Source: Podarcis vaucheri
Lineage: Eukaryota
NCBI GenBank assembly: GCA_965113315.1
Contig: OZ220372.1
DNA: 64,000 bases
Direction: 5' to 3' (one strand)
In this document: positions 33,101-44,600 of the stretch, one piece after another
How positions within the stretch are numbered: position 1 is the first letter of the stretch
Layout: the number at the start of each line of letters is the position of its first letter
Notes under the pieces: model-generated
What the model saw: only the letters and a program-made list of their open reading frames with translations
Told to the model about the DNA's origin: nothing
The model's database searches: none
Translations under genes and position numbers: made by a program

Positions 33101-33629
33101 CCAGCAAGCGCATTCACAGGAGGAACAGCAGCAACAACGAGGCTTCCAAAAGGGAGCCCCTCACACCCTCTGCAGGAAAACACGAACACGCACAGTTTGT
33201 TATTTCACCTACCATACACACCCATACGCCTCTGAACCACGTTTAAAAATAGCATCCACCCATCGTCAGAGAATCGTAAAGTTGGAAGGCACCCCGAGGG
33301 TCATCTAGTCCAACTCCGTGCAATGCAAGCATCTCAGCTAAAGCATCCATGGCAGATGGCCATCCAAGGAAGGTTGTCAATGGGAAGTTTCTGTCATATT
33401 TAAATAATTTATTCCCCACTTTTTGAGGCAGTTACCTGCAAAAGAGCTTGCAATATTTTGTAAAAGTACAGCGATACAGAAATCCATTTAAATAAAACCT
33501 TTTAAAATAGGGTAAGTATGCCCCCCATGGCTTAAAAAGGCAAAAGGGTCGTTTCTCTCCCCACTGTGTTTCAAGTGGTGTTCGCTGCACACATTAGAGA
33601 CGGGGCCAGAGTGTCTACACCCAATGCAC

Positions 33630-33639
33630 ATTACGTAAT
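33630..33639. promoter_or_regulatory. Perfect palindromic D-box (PAR-bZIP/E4BP4 site) ATTACGTAAT
   Basis: Exact match to RTTAYGTAAY, about 1.15 kb upstream of the proximal TEF ATG; motif match only. Confidence 0.45.
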
Positions 33640-33741
33640 TTTCTTTGTCCCTGGAATTCTCTGAACTCCTGTTCAAGGAAGGAAAGCGTATCAAACAGGA
33701 GTATTTCTCAACAGACTGGATTTAGGTAATGCCATATGCAC

Positions 33742-34096
33742 GGGTGGCACTGGTCTAAACCACTGAGCCTAGGGCTTGCCAAACGGAAGGTGGGCGGTTT
33801 GAATCCCTGCAACAGGGTGAGGTCCCGTTGCTCAGTCCCAGCTCCTGCCAACCTAGCAGTTCGAAAGCACATAAAAGTGCAAGTAGATAAATAGGTACCG
33901 CTCTGGCAGGAAGGTAAATGGCATTTCCATGCGCTGCTCTTGTTTCACCAGAAGCGGCTTAGTCATGCTGGCCACATGACCTGGAAAAACTGTCTGTGGA
34001 CAAATGCCAGTTCCCTCGGCCTGTAAAGCGAGATGAACACCGTAACCCCAGAGTCGTTCGCGACTGGACTTAATTTTCAGGGGTCCTTTACCTTTT
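33742..34096 (+). mobile_element. Sauria (Squam1) SINE, near full length
   Basis: tRNA-like head with GGTTTGAATCC B box, AAGTGCAAGTAGATAAATAGGTACC core, CCTTTACCTTT tail; TSD ATATGCAC (33734-33741, 34097-34104). Confidence 0.9.
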
Positions 34097-35531
34097 ATAT
34101 GCACCTGGCTTTAAACACCAGTGGTGGGAACATTGGAGGCTAGTCCATTTACAACCAGACCAGGGGGTGGCAGTGCTTGTCAGACTTCTGCTCCTTAGTC
34201 CCGTTGCCTGTGTAGAATTTAGCAGGGAGGAGGTTGCAGACAGAAACCAGTATTAGTTGCCTTCACCTATTACTGGCTCTGCTTCTGCCTGCCAAAGTTT
34301 CTGGCTCTATATACTGTTGGCCTCCTTGCCTTCCGCCCTGCAGATCCCAGTGGACCCCAGCCTCCACTGGGTAGGAGTTCACTAGAGCCAAAGTAAGCAA
34401 TAATAGGTACATATTGACAGTTGGAAACAATAAACAATTCTTATAATTACAATTCAGTTCACATAAGAATGAATCGTGAATGAAAGATTTAATTCACCCA
34501 TTGTTGGAATAAACAAATTAATATAATCTAGAAGTTCTGAACCGTACTAGAATCTTGGAAGACACACTAGAATCAAATGTGCTTGTAAAATTCATCTCAG
34601 ACCATGCCTAAAAGTCTGCGAACCTAAATTTCTAGAGCTGGGAATGCCTTCCTTTGTGTCCATCCCTTTGGGAATCAAGGTCTTGAATTTAGGTCCCACT
34701 AGTGGCATTAAGTGTTATGGCACTTTCCTGCCAAAAAGATGTGACAGGCCAAATCACCTGAGGTTTTACAGCAAACCTCTCTTCATCAAGCTTTTGGGTT
34801 CAGAACTACTATGTGGCTATTAGTGTGTACCTAGTGTTTTATATATGCATTTGCTTTATGTGTATGTATTACAGTATATGTATTGTTAGTTTGTATTATT
34901 TGCTTTCTGTAAATCAGTTTAAGTGCTGTTTGGCAGAAAAAATGTTTTAAAAATAATTTACAGTGAAAGACTATGCCTATTCAGAAGTAAGTCTGACTGA
35001 GGTCATTGGAATTTACTCCAAAGTGAGTATAAAATTGCAGCCATAAGTGTCCCTACTCGCTTCCTGGAGACTTTTCAGAAACAATAGAACAGAGTACAGT
35101 CTAAAACCACCTGCTGCTTGCGATAGAAGCAAGCAAGCAGAGGTATATAAAGTCAAGAGTAGACCTTTATTTTCGTAGTTGCAGGCCTCTCTTCTTCCAG
35201 TGGGCAGAAGCAAACTGGAGATTAACTGAAAATCCTTCTAAAAATATGTTTTAAATTTCTACTTTTTACATGCATGTAACCTGTTTCTCATTTTTTGAGT
35301 ATTAACTTTGGTTCACTACATTCACATACAAAAAGTCCACATGAAAATTGACCAGCATTTTTAAGTGAGTTTGTTTTCTAATATATGTAATGTTTATGCA
35401 TTTTTGCCCGCTATATTGCATTATGTCCAACCAGATGCTTTTGCAGGGCAATACTGAAAGCAGGATTGCATGTAACCGCCCCGATGCCACCATAAATGTA
35501 AATAATCATGAATTAATTAAAAAAGGACATA

Positions 35532-35693
35532 CCATATTTTCCCGTGTATAAGACTATGTCCCCCCCAAAAAAATGTTAAAAATTGGGGGGCGTCTTGTAC
35601 ACGGATACATCTCCCCCCATTTTCTTAAATCGGAGTCCCCCAAAATAGGGGGCGTCTTATACATGGGGGCATCTTATAAACGGAAAAATATGT
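35532..35693. mobile_element. Tc1/mariner-type MITE
   Basis: Imperfect TIRs CCATATTTTCCCGTGTATAAGA/TCTTATAAACGGAAAAATATGT flanked by TA; internal repeated GGGGGCGTCTT motif. Confidence 0.65.
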
Positions 35694-36789
35694 TATTTTG
35701 CTACTTTTACAAATGGGTACTGTTTGGTTCATGTACAGTATGGCTTATATTGGTCAGCAACAGGAGTCACAATATTGCCTTGCTCTCAGTCTACCTAATT
35801 ACAGTCAAACACAGAAAGCTGTTTTATTATATTTATGGCTAGTAAAGCTTCCAGGGTAGTTTGAGGCAGCTTGAGACAGGCGAATTTCCTTGAGTGGTGT
35901 GTTCCTCACACTAGGCTGGGACCCAGCAATGAGTCAAGGGCCACTTTCAGGTGCCTCCTCACCGGCCTGGGATTAGAATGGAAGGTGGTAAGAGGGGGGA
36001 GCTGTTAGAGGAGGAAGAGGTGAATGCAAAAGGATCAGTGAGAAGGGGCAAAGGACACTGAACATTTTGAAGTCTGGTGGGATAAGGTACAAGTTGAGTG
36101 TGGAAAAACCCTTTTCACTTAAAGCCACTGGATCAGCAAATTCTTCCTAATATGGAGTGGCTGAGTCACAATATATCCATGGCAACTGTCCTTACTTAGC
36201 TTGAGGAAAGCTGAATTGTGGAACTCCTTGCCACAAGAAAAAAGCTAAGGCAAAGAATTTAGTAATTTCAAAAAATGGATTAGATATCAGTAGAAAGTAA
36301 TAGTAATTGCCAGTTGATTATGCCAAACTATACCTACACCTGCCACTATTTTGGATTTTGCTTGGCTCCTGCATCACCATGTTGTAGTTTGTGGGCCTCA
36401 GTGATTTTCAGCCATCTCAAGTAAGGCCTGGGAGTAGAAAGCTTGAGAATCCATGTCCTAAGGTACATTACTATGAAAGAAACCATGGTCCCTAAAGTTA
36501 GACCATGATTTTCTCCTGCATCAGTTTCCTCCAGTGATCTGTTCCACCATCAGCCACTTCTGCATTCTATCTGGAAGGTCCAGCTGGACATCATCCTTGC
36601 TGGGACTGGTGACATTGAAATCCCACTGAAGGCTTGCTGTTTTCAACTGTTTACAAAACGGTTGGGAGAGGAATTATCCCTCAACATGAAATCTGGAGTT
36701 CAGACTAATAGGATTAGTGGTAATAAGATTTCTACACAACATCAGCACCTAGCATATTCTAGTGCACAAGGACAACATCATAACCAGGG

Positions 36790-37400
36790 CACATGTCATC
36801 TGGAGATTTGCGACAAGGTGCGTCATCACTCTGCAGACGACACCCAGATCAGTTTATCGTTTTCATCAGAGATCAGGTGAGGCTGCAAAAGCGGTAAGCT
36901 GGTATTTGGAGATAGCCATGGACTGGATAAAGGCCAATAAACTGAAACTCAGGTGCAGTTTCTGTTGGTAGGCAGTTCATCTAGCTTATATGGTGTTCTT
37001 TAGCCTTTTCTTGGCAGGGTTGTACTCAGACTAAAATCTGCAGTGCCGATAGATTTGGTCTTATATTTAGAGACCCAAATGACTTCTAGCCATAGTTATG
37101 TTATGGAAGCATCCAGGTTTGACTACTGTATTGCACTATATGTGGTTCTGCCTTTGCCGAATACTTAGAAACTTAAGTTAGTACAAAATACTACATCAAG
37201 ATTTGTAATCACATCCCAGCAGTCTCAAAACAACTGAACTAGTTAACAATTGCCAAGCACATGGCTTTTATGTTTATAGGCCTTAAACAGCTTAGCACTG
37301 GGATACCAGAAGGACTGCATGAACCTGCCCAGATATTAAGGTCTTCCTCAGATGCTCTTCTGAGCTCCCTTATCTTCAGAAGTGAGAAAGGTGGTGCTAG
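36790..37400 (+). mobile_element. Degenerate L2/CR1-clade LINE reverse-transcriptase fragment
   Basis: Frameshifted peptides HHSADDTQISLSF (cf. YADDTQLY) and WIKANKLKL; boundaries approximate. Confidence 0.65.
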
Positions 37401-37814
37401 ATCGGCCACCTCAGCAAAGGTAGAAGAACATAGACATCCAGGCCACTAGCCATTATTCTCCTTTAAAGTCACTCAAGTCATCACATCTCGTGGGAATGAA
37501 TTCCATAGCACAGTGGTTCTGAAACTTTTTTCTCTGGGCCATACTTTCAGAATAAAAATTTGTTCTCACCACCAATTTTTGTGTGTGTAAGAAATACATG
37601 GGGAGGGACACCTCATGGCAGTGGTTGATTTATGACATAGAACACAACTAGTTTATAATATGATCATGGGACATCCAGAAAGTATAAAACAATGCAGCTA
37701 AGAACACAAATCATTTCCTAAATAAAATACTGATTATCCTTGAATCTTCCTGCCATATTGCCATCCTCTCCTGCCACACCAGTGTGGCGCATCACAGCCT
37801 TTGAGAACCACTGG

Positions 37815-38790
37815 TCTAAGTATATAATGCTGATTGGATCATCTCTATATGTTTCGTCATACTCCTTAATGAGACAGGACTTCTTACCCTTGCAGAAGCC
37901 ATGCCGCCTCTGCTTCAGCAAGAACTGTTCTTCCATATGCTTGGTAATTTTAGCTTTAATAAAGCATTCTCCAAACAGATGTTAAGCTAGCTATCTTGTG
38001 ATTACCAGAATCCCCTTGGTTCCCATTTTTAAAAATTGTGTCACATTGCCCACTTTTCAGTCCTCAGGTATGGAGGCTGATGTTAGGAGCAAAGTATATG
38101 TTTTTGTTAGAAGATCAGCAATTCATATTTGAGTTTTTAAAGAACTCTCAGGTGGATACCATCTGCCCCCGGCAATTTGTGAATTTTAAATTGTCCCTAT
38201 GGCCTAGAACTTCATTTCTTTTTAGTACTATTTGCTTCAGTTCCTCAGACTCTCATCCTGCTATAGTTGGTTCAGGTGATCAGATCTGCCCTACATCTCC
38301 CACCATGAAAATAAGGTAAAGGTAAAGGTACCCCTGCCCATTCGGGCCAGTCTTGCCAGACTCTAGGGTTGTGCGCTCATCTCACTCTATAGGCCGGGAG
38401 CCAGCGTTGTCCGCAGACACTTCCAGGTCACGTGGCCAGCGTGACAAGCTGCATCTGGCGAGCCAGCGCAGCACACGGAACGCCGTTTACCTTCCCGCTG
38501 GTAAGCGGTCCCTATTTATCTACTTGCACCCGGAGGTGCTTTCGAACTGCTAGGTTGGCAGGCGCTGGGACCGAACGACAGGAGCGCACCCCACCGCGGG
38601 GATTCGAACCGCCGACCATGCGATTGGCAAGTCCTAGGCGCTGAGGTTTTACCCACAGCACCACCCGCGTCCCCTTACCATGAAAATAGATGGAAATAAT
38701 TCATTCACCTTCTCTGCTGAATTCATTCCCATTTTCCTCCCTTAGTGCACCTTTCTCTCCCTTATTCCTTTCTAGCCACTTTCCTGCTTC
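37815..38790 (-). mobile_element. Degenerate CR1 LINE ORF2 fragment interrupted by a Sauria SINE
   Basis: Minus-strand RHGFCKGKKSCL (cf. QHGF.KGKSCLTNL) and IIYLD motifs; boundaries approximate. Confidence 0.65.
38314..38676 (-). mobile_element. Sauria (Squam1) SINE, full length
   Basis: Minus strand starts GGGGACGCGGGTGG, has a GGTTCGAATCC B box and an (ACCTTT)n tail; 12-bp TSD ACCATGAAAATA (38302-38313, 38677-38688). Confidence 0.92.
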
Positions 38791-39744
38791 TAATGTGTAT
38801 TTTGTTGGTCTTTGTGTTTTCTAGTGATCCTTGAATGGCAGGCTAACTGCAACATCTTGGAAAGAAAAACAAGTACGACTTGCACAGGATGTTCCTCTGA
38901 ATCCAGGAAAAGGACAAGCAACATTCTCCCAACCCCATTATTGAGGGGGCTGTGGAGATCAAAGCTGTTGTCACAAAGAGAATGGGAATGGGCTGACAGA
39001 CAAAAAGTGTGCAATCGTGTGGGAAGTTTTAGGATGAAACTCAGCTTGTATGGAAGACTAGTGGGTCTTCATAGGAGAAAATATAGAGAGAGGAACCTCC
39101 AAACTTCATAGAGCTGTTCTTTTAACTGTGCTGACCTTCCATCAGGTGTTAGACTGATACTCTCAGGCTTGCTTTCCTCATTTTCTTCTTCACCTTCGGA
39201 GAAGAGACATCTTTGTATGTCTCTCCTGCTGAGAACAAAGAGCAGGCATGGTTCTTTGTATCTCCATCTTAGTTAGATAGAAGAAAGGATATTTCCTATC
39301 AGGTATGTTTTCCCTTTAATAAAATTAGCTTTCTTAATTTCCTAAACTCAGTATCAGTGTGATTATAATCAAGAACAAAGCGTGCTTCTCCAGCAAGTAT
39401 TCAGTGCTCAGTTCAGCTTCCAATCTGTGTATTAACCCTGCACAAATATTCCAAGTGAGTTCACACTGAAGGAGCTGTAATCATGGACCTCATTTTGAGC
39501 AAGCCTGCTCCAAATAAATCATATTATTATTAACAGAGAACATGCAAATGCATATAGAAGCTGCCCCAAATAAAACTGAATTTAGCCAAACTTTACAGTA
39601 CTTACAAGACTGAAGCTTCTCTCTAACATTGCCCCCTAGGCAATTTGTCAAGACCTTAATCTATCTACAAAGTTTACTTGAATCTTTGAACAGTAAATAT
39701 ATATATATTTATCCAATAGAAGTCAGTAATAATTGTTGTTGTTC

Positions 39745-39953
39745 TTGTATTTATATGCTGCCCATCTGACTGGGTTGCCCCAGCCACTCTGAGTAATTTC
39801 CAACAAAATATTAAAACAAAAAAAACTGAAACATTAAAAACCTCTCTGTAGCAGCTGCCTTCAGGTGTCTTCTAAAATTCAGATAGATGTTTATTCCCTT
39901 GACATCTGATGCGAAGGCATCCCATAAGGGAGGTGCAACTACTGAGAAGGCCC
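39745..39953 (-). mobile_element. L2-type LINE 3' end
   Basis: Minus-strand AFSVVAPPLWDA..RRHLK peptide and a 3' UTR shared with 43657-43808 and 48571-48924. Confidence 0.65.
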
Positions 39954-40152
39954 ACAATGCACACAAACCAAAAATAGTACCTTTATGCCCAGAGCAAGAG
40001 GAATTTACCTGTGCAGCTGGCATTCCACATATCCAACCTCTCGTTTTAACCACCCCCTCAGCCTCTATGCATGCAATACTAGTGTGCTCCAGTGAGGTGT
40101 CCACTCACTGGCATGCTATCACTGTACCTCAAGGCAGACCAACCTAGTTTAA

Positions 40153-40334
40153 GTTACAGATAGGTAGCCGTGTTGGTCTGCCATAGTCAAAATAAAAAAA
40201 TTCCTTCCAGTAGCACCTTAAAGACCAACTAAATTAGTTCTTGGTATGAGCTTTCGTGTGCATGCATACCAAGTTCATACCAAGAACTAACTTAGTTGGT
40301 CTTTAAGGTGCTACTGGAAGGAATTTTTTTATTT
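40153..40334. mobile_element. Penelope-like element terminal fragment arranged as a 64-bp inverted repeat
   Basis: Arms 40190-40253 and 40271-40334 (2 mismatches); 13-bp TSD CAACCTAGTTTAA (40140-40152, 40335-40347); GTAGCCGTGTTGGTCTG...AGCACCTTAAAGACCAAC...GAGCTTTCGTG resembles reptile PLE termini (recalled). Confidence 0.7.
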
Positions 40335-41745
40335 CAACCTAGTTTAAAAAAGACACCAGGTGCATGAGACGCTTCACAGGGTCGTTCTTGCCTGGCAACT
40401 TATTTAAATCAGGCTTCAGTTCACCAAATGAAAGAGTCGCCTTCTGGAATAGCAGAAACATCCATAGGGTTGATATTCTGAACTAGTATCCATATTGTGA
40501 CATACTACTGGCCCATGGTGTGGCACATAGTGGAGTTTCACATACATTATTTAGGATCTATGTGAGCTATTATTTAGGAACTTAATGCATAGGAACTGAT
40601 TTTGCAGATTTGCTGGACTACGCTTTTTTACTTACAGTTCTTTTGGAATTAGTTGTTCTGACTGCCAAGCAGACTGAATGCTGTACCCTAGACTACCAGC
40701 TGCACCTTCTTGGTTTGCTTAAAGTCTAACAACTTCAGACTCAGTCCCTTTTTGGTATTAGCCATAGGCAATAAAAGAAAAAAAGCAGAGAATTCAGTGA
40801 GACTCATAACTGGCCCACAATTAAATGTCTGAGAAAATTTTATTTTATATTAGATATGGGAAAGGTCAATGCTGATTTAAAAGGAAGACAAATAACAGGA
40901 TGATTGGGTCTGAGGGGGAAATATGGAGCCATTCAGGCCATTGGAAAATCAGTTCTCATTTATACTGTATACTAAAATATGTATAGCTGGCTCCATCTTC
41001 TAAAATATCAATGCAGTGTACAGCAAATGATGACCTCTTTGCTTTCTATTGACTGATGCCTGTATGGAGATAGCCAGATGTTGGAAAACTGGCACTGGGC
41101 TGAACATTGATTCTTGGTATAACAAAGTACAGTCAATAGCATTGGCAGATGAACTAACATGTCAGGTCAGAGCAGCAAAGGGCAAACACAACCCCTGTTT
41201 CCTTTATAACTAATGGCAAATGTTTATTGAATACATAAATACTTCAGACTGGCAGAAATCCAGCCAACACTCACGGGAAAATGTGATGTGATCTTTTAGA
41301 GTAATCAACTGAAACTTTATTACACAGCATGACAAAAGCCTGTAATTTTATCATGACAAGTTATTTGTTGTTTACTGTTGTAACAGTCGTTGTCTCAAAA
41401 TGTATCTTCTGGTACCATAAAGAATAAATGAAAAACATTATTTTTTTAAAAAGACAGTGAACAACAAAATAGGCAGGTACAGCAAAACATAATAGAATAC
41501 AATGTAAGTCTGGGATCTGCCCTGAAATCTTATGATGAGGGGTGGTCTATAAATTTAAAAAATATAAATAAATAAATAAGGCACGTTTGGGAGCCCTGCT
41601 TCTTGGGGGTCTGATCTAGCCCTCCTCTACAAAAATTCTGCAAGATCACACTGATTTGGGTAGCAGCAGATAAAATAAAATAGGCAGCACTGAGGCAGGT
41701 AGAGCTAAGCACCCTCATTGGGGTGGTCCCTCCCTGTTCATCAAC

Positions 41746-42015
41746 TTAATCATGTGATGTGTGGAGAGTGGGTGACAGCCCCCTTCATAGCTAAACCACA
41801 TGGATCAACCAAAGAAGGATACTGTGAACTTGTACGTTCCAAGAATGTGTGTGAGTGTGTGTGGATGGCCACACCCACTGTTAATCATGTGATGTGTGGA
41901 GAGTGGGTGACAGCCCCCTTCATAGCTGAACCACATGGATCAACCAAAGAAGGATACTGTGAACTTGTACGTTCCAAGAATGTGTGTGAGTGTGTGTGGA
42001 TGGCCACACCCACTG
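41746..42015. repeat. Tandem duplication, 2 x 135 bp
   Basis: 41746-41880 and 41881-42015 differ at one position by eye (CTAAACC vs CTGAACC). Confidence 0.93.
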
Positions 42016-43656
42016 CTAGCTTGTGAACCCCAGAAAGGTGATCCAAGGTGAAGGAGGCCATTGGGTAGGAGGAAAGATACCGACTCCTGTTTTAGAGGAA
42101 TGAGTAGCAACCTCTCTTTCTGTGTGTGTTCATGTGCATTTGCTTTATTTAGGTTACAAAGAACATAGCAAGTAAAAATGGAAAGTTGTTTGCTTAAGGG
42201 AGAGGGAGGTTCCCTTGACAACGTTTCAAAGATAGCATAATCTAAGAATTCAGCTTCTGAGTAGCCAAGATAAACCACATCCAGTGAAAAGTAAATCATC
42301 ACCCTCAAAGATCTGTTTGGTTTCCTTTGTATGTTCATACAAAACCAGAGACAGACAACCTGTAACCTCCAAATGTTACTGGGCTGCAGCTGCCAGCATC
42401 CCTGCCCATCAACCATTCTGGTTGGGGCTGATGGGAGTTGGAGTGGTATCACAACATCTGGAAGACTGCACGTTGCGCGCCTCTGTTCTTCACATGTTGT
42501 TTATCTAAAATCTGCTAGGTAGTTTCAGTCCTTTGGTACAGAATGTCTTGGAAGCACAATTCATATCCATCAGGTGCTGTGCATTCAGAATTGTGGACCC
42601 AATTTTGTGGAACTCTCTCCTAACTAATATCCAGCATCCCCCCACTCCCTGTTGAACCCGAAGCCTTTTCTTTATTCCAGTAGATATTTTAAGTAATTTC
42701 TGATTTAATAGTTTTTAACTGATTTAATCTGTATTGTTATTTGTTGAACTTGATGTAAACCATTTGGATACATTTATAATTAGGTGGTATATAAACTGTC
42801 AAAACAACCACCTATCAGAACAATTACATACTATTTGATTCTGGATTAACTGTCTGGTCTGCATAATTTTTCCTCTTGGGTGCAGTTCTAATTATTTTGC
42901 CAGAGCTAAATTGGACCTCCTGTTTCCAATGATCTTTTACAGTAATATCAAATAGTTCTGGGGGGCGGATGTCACAGAACAGACATCTGGCTCTGTTTTT
43001 ATAGCAGTGGTTTGTTGCAAAGGTTTCTGAAAGGAAGAAGTAGAGGACAGAAACAAGACAATGACAAAAGGAAGATGCTAGAGGGACCTAAAAAATGAGA
43101 AACATGTATTCTCCTTTACTCCCATTTTCATCATGGCACAACATTCCAACTAAACTTTGGCCATCATCTCTCTCCTGTTGCCGCAGTCAGTTCACATAGC
43201 AGGCAATTTCTTTCAGCAGGCTTTCCCCACTGCATCAACTCACTACATTGCCCCACAAAAACCTGCCTTATTGCACATGTTTGGGACCCTGAAACGACCA
43301 CAAGCTTGTGTTATAGTAACCAGGACCATATCTAAAATACGCACCACAGCATTTAGATGAGTTCCTGGCCAATAGCCAGAAATGCAGCGAGCGACTTAAA
43401 AACAACAACCCCCAAACAAACGCCTACATAACGGGAAAGAGAAAGCATCAGCCAACGGATCCCAAAGCCCATCGGAGCACTTGTTAAAGCATTCTACTCC
43501 CGGATGGCTCGATTTCATTTGGGAGGTGGAGGGAGAAGCAGCAACTTATGCCTCAGAAACAGCGCCATAAAACGACGTGACACTGATTTAAACCTGTGGG
43601 ATCGTCGACTTGCTCTCATTGGAAGACCTTTGACGTTGTAGTAGTAGTAGTAGCAA

Positions 43657-43808
43657 TTTATTATTTATACCCCGCCCATCTGGCGGGGTTTCCCCAGCCA
43701 CTCTGGGCGGCTCCCAACAGAATATTAAAAACACGATAAAACATCAAACATTAAAAACTTCCCTAAACAGGGCTGCTTTCAGATGTCTTCTAAAAGTCAT
43801 ATAGTTGT
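43657..43808 (-). mobile_element. L2-type LINE 3' end
   Basis: Reverse complement of the 3' end of 48571-48924 (FRRHLKAALFREVFN peptide and GGGCGGGGTATAAATAA tail). Confidence 0.7.
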
Positions 43809-44169
43809 TGTGGTCATGATCCGCCGGAGCTGAGCTCGCGGAATTAAAAGGTATGGAAATCCTGGGAGTTTTTGATGCCCAAGTATAGAACGGCTCCAGC
43901 AGCAGCAGTAGTTGCTTGAGCTGAGAGATCAAACCGGACCATCCACACGTATCTGACAGCTTCTTCCGAAGTCTGCGGCCGCCCCCTCCCCGACCCACAC
44001 CTAATCTAGCAGCACCAGAAAAGTGTGGCTCTCAGCACGTGTGGCTCCTCTCGACTTTCCCGATGCTTGTGGCTTAGGTCGAATTAAAGAAGAGCCAAAG
44101 CCAATATATTGTATGCCGCCACCCCTCCCTCTCCCAATCTGGCTTGGGGGCAAAAGGAGCACAGCCTAC

Positions 44170-44272
44170 CTTTCAGAGATCCCGTCCAGGGCACCGAGTA
44201 CTCCAGAAGAGACTTCAGCACTTCAGGAAAATCCATGGCAGGAGGGGCTCCGAGTCTGCTGCAGCTGGACAT
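44170..44272 (-). CDS. TEF: TEF distal alternative first coding exon (288-aa isoform)
   Basis: MSSCSRLGAPPAMDFPEVLKSLLEYSVPWTGSLK+G|gtagg; resembles the mammalian/avian alternative TEF N-terminus (MSSC..G..PAMD.PEVLKSLLE.S.PW, recalled); phase 1 fits exon 2. Confidence 0.9.
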
Positions 44273-44419
44273 TTCCCGCCTTGGGCTGGGGAAGGACGAT
44301 CCCGTTTCTTCTTCCCAAAAGAAGGGCCGGACGCGTGTCTGAGCGCGGAGAACGGGCTTCCAGCAGAAGTCACAAGAGGAGCCCGGAGCGATATTGCTCA
44401 ACAACTCCTGGCAGGGGGA

Positions 44420-44600
44420 GGATGCCAGAGGAACAGCCAATCAGAGACGGGCGCAGCCCAGAACTCTTCAGCCCGCCCCGCCCACTCCCCGCTGGCCAAT
44501 GGCAAACAGGGCCGGGCCGGTCTGCCAGGGCTGGTTTACAGGGCCCGCTGCAGCCAATCAGGCCCCAAAGAACTGGGCCGGTTACCTAACTTGCGAGAGG
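44420..44600 (-). promoter_or_regulatory. Distal TEF promoter: three CCAAT boxes, GC box, D-box-like site
   Basis: CCAAT at 44437, 44496 and 44554; CCCGCCCCGCCC at about 44472-44483; GTTACCTAAC 44581-44590; CpG-rich. Confidence 0.7.

Noticed and set aside
31815-33308. Multiple long overlapping ORFs (208, 237, 141, 133 aa)
   Set aside because: By-products of the GC-rich CpG island; only 32343-32478 on the minus strand has TEF homology and a splice donor.
37511-37813. hAT/Charlie MITE (CAGTGGTTCT...AGAACCACTG)
   Set aside because: Only 10-bp termini match and the flanking 8-mers differ; the ends may belong to two separate fragments.
38794-39444. Possible solo LTR (TG...CA with AATAAA near 39318)
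   Set aside because: No matching TSD and no second copy in the window; cannot be supported.
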